64,000 nt of DNA from Candidatus Peribacteria bacterium (GTDB lineage Bacteria; Patescibacteriota; Gracilibacteria; Peribacterales; Peribacteraceae). How positions within the stretch are numbered: position 1 is the stretch's first letter; each line of letters starts with the position of its first letter. The translations under genes were made by a program, and so were the position numbers. The DNA lies in contig VGKY01000002.1 of NCBI GenBank assembly GCA_016866875.1, forward strand, positions 31,688-95,687. Reading direction: 5' to 3'. The notes under the pieces were generated by a model that was not told the origin of the DNA, made no database searches, and was given only the letters and a program-made list of their open reading frames with translations. This document shows positions 9,822 through 19,266 of this stretch, one piece after another.

Positions 9822-12005
9822 CTACGGATTCTTCGTTTCCCAGTTCAGGGTGATGAACCCAGCGTTTGCCTGTCCTGAACTGTTGGCCGCGAGCTTCACG
9901 AGGATAGTGATGAAACCGCCCGGTGTGTACGTACCTGCACCCTGCGGTCCGGTAATGTTCGCCGTCGTGAAGGACGTATTGGCAAGGGTTGCGCCACCCG
10001 TGAGAGCAACGGCAGCACCTGTCGTGTCGAGCAGCTTCACGGTGATGTGGTTTTGGCTCGTGGTACCCGTCTTCGTACGGTAGCGAAGCTGCAGTGCTTT
10101 TACCGGATCCCAACGGACGAAGTTATCCGGAATCCGCACGCGCGTCGAGACCCAGTAGTCCTGGATGGCGCTCTTCGTGGATGACCACTGGTAGGTATTC
10201 TCGAATCCAGAGTTCAGACCTCCAGAACCCACAAGCTGACCGATGTATGTAGAACCAGATTGGTAGTAGATGGCATTCGGGTACTCCGGATGGATGGAGA
10301 GGATATCGCCGCTTCCCTCGTTAATGCCCGTAGACCAGCTCAGCACCCCTGCCCCATTTGTCCTCAGAACGGCGCCGGATACGCCGGCGTTGCCCGGAAA
10401 GGTCATGGCCTGGCCGCGGATGGTGATCGTCCCATCAACCGTGAGCGTGGAGCCCGAGAGATACCCGGTGGCCTTCACGTCGTCATCAAAGACGAATCGC
10501 GGATTGGCGTCGTTACTGAACGTCAGGGATGCCGTATCCGCATCGTTGCCGAAGGTCAGGACGGCGGCGGAATCGCCGTTGTCCTCGTTGATTGTAAGAT
10601 CAGCATCTGTCGTAATGTTCCCCGTCGTGTTGACCGTTCCCGTGACATCAAGGTCATCGCTGAAGGAAAAGTTGTTCGTCGTGTCGTTGAAGCGAATCGT
10701 CTCGACTCCACCGTCGTTACCGAAGGTGAGGATGGCATCCGCTCCCGTGTTATCCTCGTTGATCGTGAAGTTGCCGTCACCGGAAACCGTACCCGTTGCA
10801 TCAACGTTCCCCGTGACGTCAATGTCGTCGCTAATCGCAAAGTTATTGGTCGTGTCGTTGAAGCGCAGGGTCTCCGCGCCTCCATCATTGCCGAAGGTCA
10901 ATATGGCATCCGCACCACCGTTGTCACTGTTGATCGTCAGGTTGGTTTTGATGGACGCAGACCCGTCCAAGATCAAGGAACCCGAGGACTGGATCTTGTC
11001 ATTGGCATGCAAGATGCGACCGGAAGCGGTTCCAAGAATTTCCAAAGCAGTTCCGGAGAAACTCGGACTGAGGCTAAAGACTGTGCTCGTAAGCGTTAGT
11101 CCCTGACCCGCACTGTAGGTCGTGCCACTATCCGTTCCACAGACGAAGCGTTGCGTGGTTGCGTCCCATGTGAGTTTGCCCGTTGTGGAATCACAGGTGG
11201 AGACGAGTCCTGGTCCCTTGAACTGCGAAACCCACAAGCTTGCGCCGGAGGCAGCGCCTTCCCACACGAGTGTGCCGGAAGATGAGAGGCCGGTCGAAGC
11301 GTGAATGCTTCCCACCGTATCCAATTCATATGCAGGAGCAGCAGTTCCGATACCGACGCGATTGGCTGTGGCATCGATGCTGAGCGTATTGGAGTCAAAG
11401 TTGATACCGTTGACACCTCCAGTGAGAGCGACCGACGTATCGTTGGCAAACGTCCACGTAGAGCTGTTCACGGTTACGGCATCACCACCGGCATCACCGA
11501 TGGTCAGCGTACCGCCATCGAACTGCGCATTGCCATCAACCTCGAGGGTGTTTTGTACGTAGACATCATCGCTGAAATCAAAGCGGCCGGCAGAGTTACT
11601 GAAGGTTAGAGTCTCATTCGTTGATGGTTGTCCGAACGTGAGCACGGCATCCGCTGCCGTCTGATCGCTGTTGATCGTGAGATTGGCCTTTGTGGAGATG
11701 GCACCATCGGCAATGATCGTGCCCGTTGCCGTGAGGTTCCCTTGCACATGCACGTCGTCGGTAAACTCGAATCGACTCGTCTCGTAGTCCCAGAAGATCT
11801 TTTCATTGAGCGTACCGCCGAACCGGAGTTCGATGTCCGTCGTAGAGTCCCCATCATCGATCGTCTGGAAGGATTCTGTATTCACCAGGAGTCCCGGACT
11901 CCACGAAGAGGCAGCGAGGGCAACAGGTGTATGAGAAAGTAAAAGCCCAAGCATCGCTGCGACAGACACTGCCTTCATTGCGGTATGTGTGTATGCGTGT
12001 TTCAT
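9822..12005 (-). CDS. secreted fibre-like repeat protein
   Basis: Signal peptide; N-terminal domain paralogous to 4844-7786; three 57-aa (171-bp) tandem repeats xLTINxDN..ADAILTFGND..ETxRFNDTTNNF..SDD; C-terminal domain shared with 12153-14525. ORF is open to 12041. Confidence 0.75.
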   Translation of the reverse strand: MKHAYTHTAMKAVSVAAMLGLLLSHTPVALAASSWSPGLLVNTESFQTIDDGDSTTDIELRFGGTLNEKIFWDYETSRFEFTDDVHVQGNLTATGTIIADGAISTKANLTINSDQTAADAVLTFGQPSTNETLTFSNSAGRFDFSDDVYVQNTLEVDGNAQFDGGTLTIGDAGGDAVTVNSSTWTFANDTSVALTGGVNGINFDSNTLSIDATANRVGIGTAAPAYELDTVGSIHASTGLSSSGTLVWEGAASGASLWVSQFKGPGLVSTCDSTTGKLTWDATTQRFVCGTDSGTTYSAGQGLTLTSTVFSLSPSFSGTALEILGTASGRILHANDKIQSSGSLILDGSASIKTNLTINSDNGGADAILTFGNDGGAETLRFNDTTNNFAISDDIDVTGNVDATGTVSGDGNFTINEDNTGADAILTFGNDGGVETIRFNDTTNNFSFSDDLDVTGTVNTTGNITTDADLTINEDNGDSAAVLTFGNDADTASLTFSNDANPRFVFDDDVKATGYLSGSTLTVDGTITIRGQAMTFPGNAGVSGAVLRTNGAGVLSWSTGINEGSGDILSIHPEYPNAIYYQSGSTYIGQLVGSGGLNSGFENTYQWSSTKSAIQDYWVSTRVRIPDNFVRWDPVKALQLRYRTKTGTTSQNHITVKLLDTTGAAVALTGGATLANTSFTTANITGPQGAGTYTPGGFITILVKLAANSSGQANAGFITLNWETKNP

Positions 12006-12152
12006 GAAATCCCACCATTGTAGCGCAAAACGGACTCTCATCCAACGCGAAAGATATTGCTGTATTTGACAAATAATGCTTTGGTATATAAGCGCTCTTC
12101 ATCGCATCATGGAGCGGTTCTCTGCCGCAATTTTGCAAGATTTGTCAATACC

Positions 12153-14525
12153 CTACTGCAGGAGCTCGCGCATCTGCACCTTCATGCTGGCAAGATGCAC
12201 CTCCGCGTTGCTCTTAGCGGCCAATGTGAACTTGATGAGGATATCCTGCCCTGCAGTGAAGGTTGGCGCACCGGAGAACTCGACCTGCGTCGTGGCCCAC
12301 GATGTACTTGCAAGGCTCGTCGTGGATCCCGAGAGGGTAACCGCATTTCCCGCAGTATCGTAGACCGCGACACCCAGGGTATTGGCGCTCGTTGATCCAC
12401 TGCTCGTGCGGTACGTCACCTGCAAGGGATTATCCACCCACCCGACGAAATCGCTTCCGAGAGACACACGCACGTAGACATCGTAGTCCTGAAGGGTGCT
12501 TCTGGTGCTCGTCCACAGATAGTAATTGCGCTTGCTTGTCGCATCGTGACTCACGCTGAGCTGCCCGACGTTGTTGCTGCCGTCCGCTTTCAATGCCACA
12601 CGCGAAAATGCCGCGTGCAAAAAATCCTCTACGGTTCTCTCGCGATCATCGCTGCTCGTTACGCGGCGGTCGGAAACCGAAGTAATTGCGCCACCGGAGG
12701 TGACCACCTGAGCAAGGCGGATGACACTTTCGTCCGACGGGAATCCGATCGTCGAAACCGCGAGCCCGCCGGAACCGAAGAAGACGTAATTCGACGCATT
12801 GTTGCTCACTGTCGTCGAGCTGCCGCCGTAGTTGGTGACGGAGCCATTGAGCCTGTATGAGCCAGCATTGATGGTGATATTGAGTCCCGCGCCACTGCTG
12901 ACTTTAAGAGGCGCGTTCCCGGCAAGCGTCGTCAGGTTGATACCGTTGATGACGCCGGTCACGGTGAGGTCACCCTGGATTTGGACATCATCATTGAAGT
13001 TAAACCTTCCATTGGACCCATCGTACGAAAGCTGACGTGTGACGGAATTCCCAAACTGCAGTGCAGTTGTGCTATCCGAGCCGTCGCGGTCGATGACGAA
13101 GGTTCCCGAGTTGGTGCCGCCAGGAATGCGGGCAGGGTGAAAGACCCCCCCCGAACCGAGAATGGCAATGTTGCCGCTGCCGGTTCCAATATCGCGCTGG
13201 TCGAGCAAATCGGCGTTGAGCGCAAACGGGACGGAGCGCAACGGAGAGCGATCTGATGTAGTGCTCGAGGTATCGAAATCCAAAAGCTCGTAGCTCGTAT
13301 CTGCTGAGGATCCGGCCTTCACCTCGACCTGAAGGTACAGACTCAGCAGAGTCGCAGTACTCATGGAACTGAAGTTCGGGAGAGACGTCACAGAGCCCAT
13401 TTCCAGGGAGAAGTACCCTTGGCTATTGGGCGTCACGCTGTGCACCTCGTTCCATGACGCGTAGGTACTTGCGGCGGTGTTCACTGCTCCTGTACCTGTC
13501 ACATCGCCACTCACGTAGTCACCGGAGTTCCAGAAACTGAAGCGAACCTTCACAGCACTAGTCACGGCAGTCCCCGAGTTATCAAGCAGGTGACCGTTAT
13601 AGACGATGCGCTGCGGAGCAGTTGTCGCAGCTCGTACGGTGATACCGTGGAGCACCATCCCCGGAAGAATCAGCATGAGCGCTAAGAATTTTCCGACCCG
13701 ACGCTTGTGAGCATGTGTCGCCTTCCACACGCGCTTCTTTTTCTCTTGATCCATGAGCCACCCACCGAAGAAGAACCGGCGCAGTAGGCGGCGATTGGCT
13801 ATACATGTACCCAGAGAGCAACCCGAAGTCAGAGACGCGATGCCCGCTAAGGTCACGACAAAGAGTGAGGCGAAAACAAAACTGATTGCGGAAACGGTTG
13901 AATATCCAAAGATTCCAGTGGACGCGACAGGTTCCGGAGGAGCGGTATGAAATGCAGAGGCAATGGTGCTCGAGGATTGCACCGAGCGAATAGGAAACCT
14001 GCTCTTCTGGAACTCTGATGGTGACGCCGCCTGTACAGGAAGCATGAACTCGCTTGTCGGTAATGACTGTTTTGTGAAGAACTCCAAATTCGAGGGGCCA
14101 GGTTCCACGATAAGTTCTGGGGTTGACCACGTAGATCTGCTCTGCAGCGAAGACGAAGCTGACTCCTCAGGGAGTTCAAAGATCGGATCGCGGTCTTGCC
14201 CCCTCCTCCCTCCACCGCTACGCTCGCCACCACTCGTCCCATCCGACGTCCCTGCTACGGAAGCGCTACTCGATGAACTGCTACTCGTCGCGTGAGGCGC
14301 GAGTACAACCTGATAGCTCGTCGATATGCCGGGCAGAGCTCTCCACGTGACCGTGTCACTATTCATGGTGTAGCTCAGGGATACCATCGGGCCCGTTGCT
14401 ACAGCATTGCCCGGATCTGCGTAGAGCTTGTACGACGTACTCTCCGCAGCGATTCCCCCACTCGGAAGAGCCGTGGCAATGCAGACCGCAAGAGCGCCGA
14501 GGAGCAAGCGAAAATTGATGTGCAT
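12153..14525 (-). CDS. secreted/membrane fibre-like protein
   Basis: Signal peptide, Ser-rich linker, TM, second signal-like segment, YNGHLLD..G tail-fibre-type domain, SVPFALNAD, shared C-terminal domain. Confidence 0.7.
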   Translation of the reverse strand: MHINFRLLLGALAVCIATALPSGGIAAESTSYKLYADPGNAVATGPMVSLSYTMNSDTVTWRALPGISTSYQVVLAPHATSSSSSSSASVAGTSDGTSGGERSGGGRRGQDRDPIFELPEESASSSLQSRSTWSTPELIVEPGPSNLEFFTKQSLPTSEFMLPVQAASPSEFQKSRFPIRSVQSSSTIASAFHTAPPEPVASTGIFGYSTVSAISFVFASLFVVTLAGIASLTSGCSLGTCIANRRLLRRFFFGGWLMDQEKKKRVWKATHAHKRRVGKFLALMLILPGMVLHGITVRAATTAPQRIVYNGHLLDNSGTAVTSAVKVRFSFWNSGDYVSGDVTGTGAVNTAASTYASWNEVHSVTPNSQGYFSLEMGSVTSLPNFSSMSTATLLSLYLQVEVKAGSSADTSYELLDFDTSSTTSDRSPLRSVPFALNADLLDQRDIGTGSGNIAILGSGGVFHPARIPGGTNSGTFVIDRDGSDSTTALQFGNSVTRQLSYDGSNGRFNFNDDVQIQGDLTVTGVINGINLTTLAGNAPLKVSSGAGLNITINAGSYRLNGSVTNYGGSSTTVSNNASNYVFFGSGGLAVSTIGFPSDESVIRLAQVVTSGGAITSVSDRRVTSSDDRERTVEDFLHAAFSRVALKADGSNNVGQLSVSHDATSKRNYYLWTSTRSTLQDYDVYVRVSLGSDFVGWVDNPLQVTYRTSSGSTSANTLGVAVYDTAGNAVTLSGSTTSLASTSWATTQVEFSGAPTFTAGQDILIKFTLAAKSNAEVHLASMKVQMRELLQ

Positions 14526-14631
14526 TTCGTACTATTTTAACATTTATTTGCTATTTTGTCCATATATGCTCCAATGAAAGATATAGGCCGAATTTGTAAT
14601 TCCATGGGTCGTTTGCTAGCATTCTGTTCTA

Positions 14632-15669
14632 ATGCGGAATTCCTTTTGGAAGTTTCAGGCGGGTTGTACGGTTCTTGCTCTCTCCTTCGGGCTTTTGTCT
14701 GCTAGAGCTCACGCGCAAACAGCATCGTTTACCGATCTTTCTCCGGATCACCCGGTATATGCAGCGGGCGAGTACCTGAAATCCAAAGGCATCATCTCCG
14801 GCTACAGCGACGGTTCGTTCAAGCCGGATAAAGGCGTGATCCGCGCTGAGGCCATCAAGATCATCGTTGCTCCTCTTTTGGACTCCGCTTCGCTGGCCCA
14901 GATCACCACATCTCCTTTTTCCGATGTGAAGCAGGGGGATTGGTTCCTTGGCTACGTCGAAGCGGCGCGCCAGAATGGCATCGTCGACGGGCCGCCGGAG
15001 AAAACGGCATTCAACGGAGGCAACCCCGTGCTCAAAGCGGAATTCTTCAAGATGCTCCAGCAAGCACACAGCGCGAAACCGCTCGAGACCTTGAGTGAGA
15101 TCCAGCTCCCGCTTGCGCCGGATGTCGGAAGTCCCAGCGACTGGTTCTACCCCTACATGCGCTACGCCATCGCCTCGTCGATGACCATGATCGGTGCGGA
15201 CGGCTTGCTCCGTCCCGATCGACCGCTTACCCGGGGCGACTGCGCTCTGATCCTCCACCGCTTCCTCATGTACAAGGAAGGGCGCAGGACGCAGGCGCTT
15301 CTTTCCGAAGCCGAAAGCGAAATCATCATCATCCTCGGAGCACTCGACAAAAACGACATCGTCACAGCGGAGCACGCTTCTGCACGTGGACTGCTCGCCG
15401 CTCGTGGCGCTCACCTCATCAAGCCCGACGAGCCGATTGTCCAGGGAGCACTGAAGACAGCCGAGGCCTTTCGCGCTCTCGTGCGTGCGTACCGCGCAGG
15501 GCTGAACAAGGATTATGAGCAGGTAACGAAGCTTGCGGGCGACGCCTGGAACCTCTCTACTCGCGCCAAGGAGCTCGCCCCAAACCTTGCGGGGATCTCT
15601 GATCAGGTCCAGAAGATCGCCAAGGGCATGGCCGACAGCGCTCGCACGCTCATGCAGACGCCCCAGTGA
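14632..15669 (+). CDS. S-layer homology (SLH) domain protein
   Basis: FTDL..DHP, GIISGYSDGSFKPD..VIRAE, FSDV..DWF, RPDRPLTRGD. Confidence 0.9.
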   Translation: MRNSFWKFQAGCTVLALSFGLLSARAHAQTASFTDLSPDHPVYAAGEYLKSKGIISGYSDGSFKPDKGVIRAEAIKIIVAPLLDSASLAQITTSPFSDVKQGDWFLGYVEAARQNGIVDGPPEKTAFNGGNPVLKAEFFKMLQQAHSAKPLETLSEIQLPLAPDVGSPSDWFYPYMRYAIASSMTMIGADGLLRPDRPLTRGDCALILHRFLMYKEGRRTQALLSEAESEIIIILGALDKNDIVTAEHASARGLLAARGAHLIKPDEPIVQGALKTAEAFRALVRAYRAGLNKDYEQVTKLAGDAWNLSTRAKELAPNLAGISDQVQKIAKGMADSARTLMQTPQ

Positions 15670-15703
15670 AGACACGGAGATCGGCTTGCCCTATGCTTGC
15701 GGC

Positions 15704-16090
15704 ATGCGGTTTTTAGCTCATGTTATCTCCGGATCCGGAGTCGCTCGACAGCAGAATGTCCCAACGCTGAACCTTGCCCTAAACGATGTTCCAGAGTCTT
15801 TAGAGCAAGGCATTTACGCTTGCCGAGTGAGGTTCGAACAAGAGAGCCCGTCTAAGCCGGATGCTAGATGGGCGGGCGCAGTCATGCACCATGGTCCACG
15901 CTTCGTTCATAGACTGCCTGTATCCTGTGAGGTACACCTGATCGAACGCATGCCTCCGGAAACACCTGCAGTCCTGAACGTGGAGATCGTACAGCGCCTG
16001 CGCAACGTCCAGGATTTCAACACACCGCAGGAACTACAAGACGCAATTGAAGCCGATATCGCCGCCGCGCGTGCTATCCTCGGTGCATGA
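15704..16090 (+). CDS. riboflavin kinase (monofunctional RibF C-terminal domain)
   Basis: VISGSGVAR...PTLNL, GIYA, EVHL, RLRNVQDF...EL..AI..DI. Confidence 0.8.
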   Translation: MRFLAHVISGSGVARQQNVPTLNLALNDVPESLEQGIYACRVRFEQESPSKPDARWAGAVMHHGPRFVHRLPVSCEVHLIERMPPETPAVLNVEIVQRLRNVQDFNTPQELQDAIEADIAAARAILGA

Positions 16091-17319
16091 TCCCGTGGTT
16101 GAAGCAGGCAATCGGCCAGCGCAGCGCTTTACGGATGTCGTACCATGCCGCAAAAGCATTGCTGGCTGCCGCAGCCTACGGGTTTCCTGCGCGGAATCTC
16201 ACCGTCATCGGCCTCACAGGAACGGATGGTAAGACCACCACCTGCTCGATGATTCGTCATGTGCTTACGAAAGCCCATTACCGTGTAGGCCTTGCGTCCA
16301 CTGCTTTCTTTGACGACGGGACAGGGCTCCAGGCAAATCCCTCTCATCTCACATCCATCAGTCCGTTTGTGTTGCAGAAATTGCTGCGCACGATGATGCG
16401 CAACGGCTGCACCCATGCGATCCTCGAGTGCTCCAGTCACGGTCTCGTCCAGCACCGCCTCGACTGGACGTTTCCGAAGGTGGCCGCCATCACCAATACC
16501 GCACCGGAGCACCTCGACTACCACGGCACTATGGAACTGTACCGTAAGGACAAGGGCATCCTCTTTCGGATGCTGCATGGACGAGGAACGAAGGTGCTGA
16601 ATGGCAACGATGAAACCTTCGCGATGTACTGCCGTATCGCGTCGACTGTAACCTTAGACTGGAATTCGCCTGAGGCTCGAGAGAATGCCGCTGCACTTTC
16701 CCTGCAGATCCCGGGCGCATTCAATCGCGACAATGCGCTCTGTGCGATGAGTGTGTGTAGCGCTCTCGGGCTCGATGTGGAGGCGTGCAAGAAGGCTCTG
16801 GCAACATTTCCCGGGGTTCCGGGTCGCATGGAACGCATCGACGAGGGGCAGCCCTTCGCCGTGTTTGTGGATTTTGCCGTTTCACCGCAGTCCTATGAAA
16901 AGGCATTGCAGACCCTCAGAGAGATGGTCGGGGAATCCGGAAACGTCATCGTCCTGTGCTCAAGCTGCGGCAATCGCATGCGCGAGAAGCGACCGGAGAT
17001 CGGCAGGATCTGCTCTGTGCTAGCAGACATCGTCATAGCAACCGAGGATGAAACGTACGGAGAAGATCCGCACGCGGTTCTGGAGGAGCTCTGGGCCGGC
17101 ATCGACCAAGCTCAGTGCGAAGCACACAACATCTTCGACCGAAGGGAAGCGATCATCTTCGCTTTGAAAAGTGCAAAGCCCGGAGACGCCGTCGTTTTTT
17201 GCGGCATGGGCCCCTTCACGACGATGACGAAGCTTACAGGGAGAGTGCCGTGGGACGAGCGGGCGATCGTGCGGGAGGAATTGGCAGCCATGGGATATGC
17301 ATCCTCCCCTCTCCCATAG
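16087..17319 (+). CDS. murE: MurE-family Mur ligase
   Basis: GLTGTDGKTTT, LECSSHGL.QHR, TNTAPEHLDYH, GVPGRME. Confidence 0.85.
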   Translation: MIPWLKQAIGQRSALRMSYHAAKALLAAAAYGFPARNLTVIGLTGTDGKTTTCSMIRHVLTKAHYRVGLASTAFFDDGTGLQANPSHLTSISPFVLQKLLRTMMRNGCTHAILECSSHGLVQHRLDWTFPKVAAITNTAPEHLDYHGTMELYRKDKGILFRMLHGRGTKVLNGNDETFAMYCRIASTVTLDWNSPEARENAAALSLQIPGAFNRDNALCAMSVCSALGLDVEACKKALATFPGVPGRMERIDEGQPFAVFVDFAVSPQSYEKALQTLREMVGESGNVIVLCSSCGNRMREKRPEIGRICSVLADIVIATEDETYGEDPHAVLEELWAGIDQAQCEAHNIFDRREAIIFALKSAKPGDAVVFCGMGPFTTMTKLTGRVPWDERAIVREELAAMGYASSPLP

Positions 17320-17716
17320 GGAGAGGGGGTCTGTGTGTGTAACACCACTGATTGCAGGGTCTCTAATTGTGCGAATGTCATTCTGTGTTTTCTATGGGTT
17401 TGCCATTTCTTTGGCGCAAAGAAATGGCAGAAAGAAACAGTGTCGCTATCGGGATGATGCCTATGCATATCAGCTCACGCAGCGGAAAATGCGAACTCCT
17501 CGCTCGTCCGCTTCGGCGGACTCACTCGTCAAACATGCGCATTTTCTTGCGCTGCGCTCACTGTATGCATGACGGCATCATCCCGGAAGCGACCAAACCC
17601 TGTTTGTATCGCACATATTCTTCTATCGCTTGCGAATCGCATTTCCCTCTCCTCCCAGAGAGCCTGCCTGCGGCAGACAGGCCTACCTGCCGGTAGGCAG
17701 GGGTTAGGGAGAGGGG
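17303..17716. repeat. intergenic mosaic of several palindromic repeat types
   Basis: CCCCTCTCCC-ATA-GGGAGAGGGG; TGCCATTTCTTTG..CAAAGAAATGGCA; GTCCGC-TTCG-GCGGAC; tandem CCTGCCTG/CCGGTAGGCAGG units. Confidence 0.7.
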
Positions 17717-17725
17717 TCGTATAGC

Positions 17726-17757
17726 AAACCGGCGTTCCCAAAGGGGAACGCCGGAAA
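17726..17757 (-). terminator. intrinsic terminator
   Basis: CCGGCGTTCCC/GGGAACGCCGG 11-bp stem just after the small minus-strand ORFs. Confidence 0.65.
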
Positions 17758-17761
17758 TCTT

Positions 17762-17911
17762 TCAATCCTCTCCTAAGCAGTCGCCCTGCTGGCGAAGTCG
17801 TCGTCGCTCACGCCTGGAATCATTGATCCGAATCCAAGCGATCACGATGATTCCCAGCAAGGCCGCGCCAATGCGGATTGCTAAATGAAGAACCAAAAAG
17901 TCGGGCATCAT
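17762..17911 (-). CDS. 49-aa single-TM peptide
   Basis: MMPDFLVLHLAIRIGAALLGIIVIAWIRINDSRRERRRLRQQGDCLGED; GGAGGT SD; ATGA overlap with the upstream ORF. Confidence 0.65.
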   Translation of the reverse strand: MMPDFLVLHLAIRIGAALLGIIVIAWIRINDSRRERRRLRQQGDCLGED

Positions 17912-18132
17912 GAATGCACCTCCCATTCTTTCTTCATTCGCGCATCATCGCGCTTCCACTTCCGGTCGAGTGACCAGAGATAGAGCGCTACCGCCAAGAG
18001 AAAGAAAGCGTAGAGTGACGCCAGCACCGGGAAAAATCCCAGAAAGTCCAGCATCCACTCAACGCAATCATCCTCGGGTGGTCGGTTGTGAAACAAACCG
18101 TTCCACCACTGACACCACGTTGAAGGTTTCAT
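17908..18132 (-). CDS. 74-aa single-TM protein
   Basis: AAGGAGGAGG SD; hydrophobic core followed by a basic tail. Confidence 0.7.
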   Translation of the reverse strand: MKPSTWCQWWNGLFHNRPPEDDCVEWMLDFLGFFPVLASLYAFFLLAVALYLWSLDRKWKRDDARMKKEWEVHS

Positions 18133-18251
18133 ACCTTCCTCCTCCTCCTTGAAAGACAGCTACGTCCCCAGACAAGCGGCTCTGCCGCTAAAAGATCTGG
18201 AGACAGTCGCTGCCTCATGCGTATGATGTGAAGGAGCTGGGTATTAGTACT

Positions 18252-18279
18252 ATTTTATAACTATTACATATTTTGTCAA
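18252..18279 (-). promoter_or_regulatory. sigma70 promoter
   Basis: TTGACA-16-TAAAAT on the minus strand. Confidence 0.65.
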
Positions 18280-18350
18280 ATAGTGGATTTACGGCTCTTT
18301 GTGGGCATTTGTACACTTGAACGTTCAACTTCATCAGGATAGTACAAGGG

Positions 18351-18589
18351 ATGCTCCCCTATGACGTCTATATCGTGAATGCTCCGACGGGTCTTACTAC
18401 ACGGGAGTGAACAATGATGTGGAGCGTAGAGTTGGAGAGCACAACGAAGGCACAGACCCGAAGGCGTACACCTTCAAACGTCGACCGGTGACATTGGTCT
18501 ACGTATCGGACTTCGGGGACATATGGCAAGCCATCGATTATTATCTCAATGCATCAACCAGACACATTACGATCTCTACCGCAACATAG
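18351..18589 (+). pseudogene. small GIY-YIG nuclease (YhbQ/Ssn-like), frameshifted and truncated
   Basis: MLPYDVYIV, 1-nt shift at ~18377, then ECSDGSYYTGVNNDVERRVGEHNEG..KAYTFKRRPVTLVY; the usual C-terminal A..RE..IK helix is missing. Confidence 0.85.
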
Positions 18590-18591
18590 CA

Positions 18592-18663
18592 TGTCATGCT
18601 GAGCGTAGTCGAAGCAAGACACGCTACATTCTGCGACGTCCCTCGACTACGCTCGGGATGACA
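18592..18663. repeat. family-A bipartite palindrome (TGTCAYGCTGAGCGTAGTCGAAG ... CTCGACTACGCTCRGGATGACA)
   Basis: Inverted arms; other copies at 20076-20174, 44560-44628, 45500-45567 and 45703-45766; half copies at 41831-41855 and 54172-54200. Confidence 0.9.
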
Positions 18664-18682
18664 CAGAATGTACAGTAGCACT

Positions 18683-19243
18683 ATGCCTTCCATCACTGCC
18701 GGCATCGACGAAGCGGGTAGAGGGCCTCTTGCAGGCCCTGTCGTTGCTGCTGCCTGTATCCTTCCCACTGGCACCACTGCCCCCTCCTTCATTCGTGACA
18801 GCAAAGCTCTCGAAGCAAACCAGAGGGAAGAGGCGTTTGCGTGGGTGCAGGAGCACTGCTGTGTGGGCATCGGTCTCAGTAGCGCATCCTTTATCGACCG
18901 CTTCGGGATCCTCGCCGCAACCGAGCGCGCGATGCAGCAGGCAGTTTCTATGCTTGCACTCGCAAAACGGCCGACGTACCTCCTCGTCGATGGCAGAGAC
19001 AAGTTTTGGTTTGATTACCCGCATAGCTCTATCATCAAGGGCGATATGCTCGAGCCCTGCATCTCAGCAGCCTCCATCATCGCGAAAGTCACCCGCGACC
19101 ATATGATGCGCGAGGCCGATAAGGCGTTTCCAGGATATGGCTTTGTGAGACACAAGGGGTATGGGTCAGAGGAGCATTATGCGATGCTCCGTAAGCTCGG
19201 AATGTGTGCAATCCATAGGAAAAGCTTTACTCGGCTGAGATGA
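18683..19243 (+). CDS. rnhB: ribonuclease HII
   Basis: AGIDEAGRGPLAGPV, RDSK, LVDG, KGD..ISAASIIAKV.RD, HKGYG, HRKSF. Confidence 0.97.
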   Translation: MPSITAGIDEAGRGPLAGPVVAAACILPTGTTAPSFIRDSKALEANQREEAFAWVQEHCCVGIGLSSASFIDRFGILAATERAMQQAVSMLALAKRPTYLLVDGRDKFWFDYPHSSIIKGDMLEPCISAASIIAKVTRDHMMREADKAFPGYGFVRHKGYGSEEHYAMLRKLGMCAIHRKSFTRLR

Positions 19244-19266
19244 AACTCAAGCTTTCCATGTAACAA

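Noticed and set aside
17320..17720. DUF559/Vsr endonuclease remnant between CCCCTCTCC repeats
   Set aside because: This repeat type often flanks such genes, but I saw no DUF559-like motif in the frames examined.
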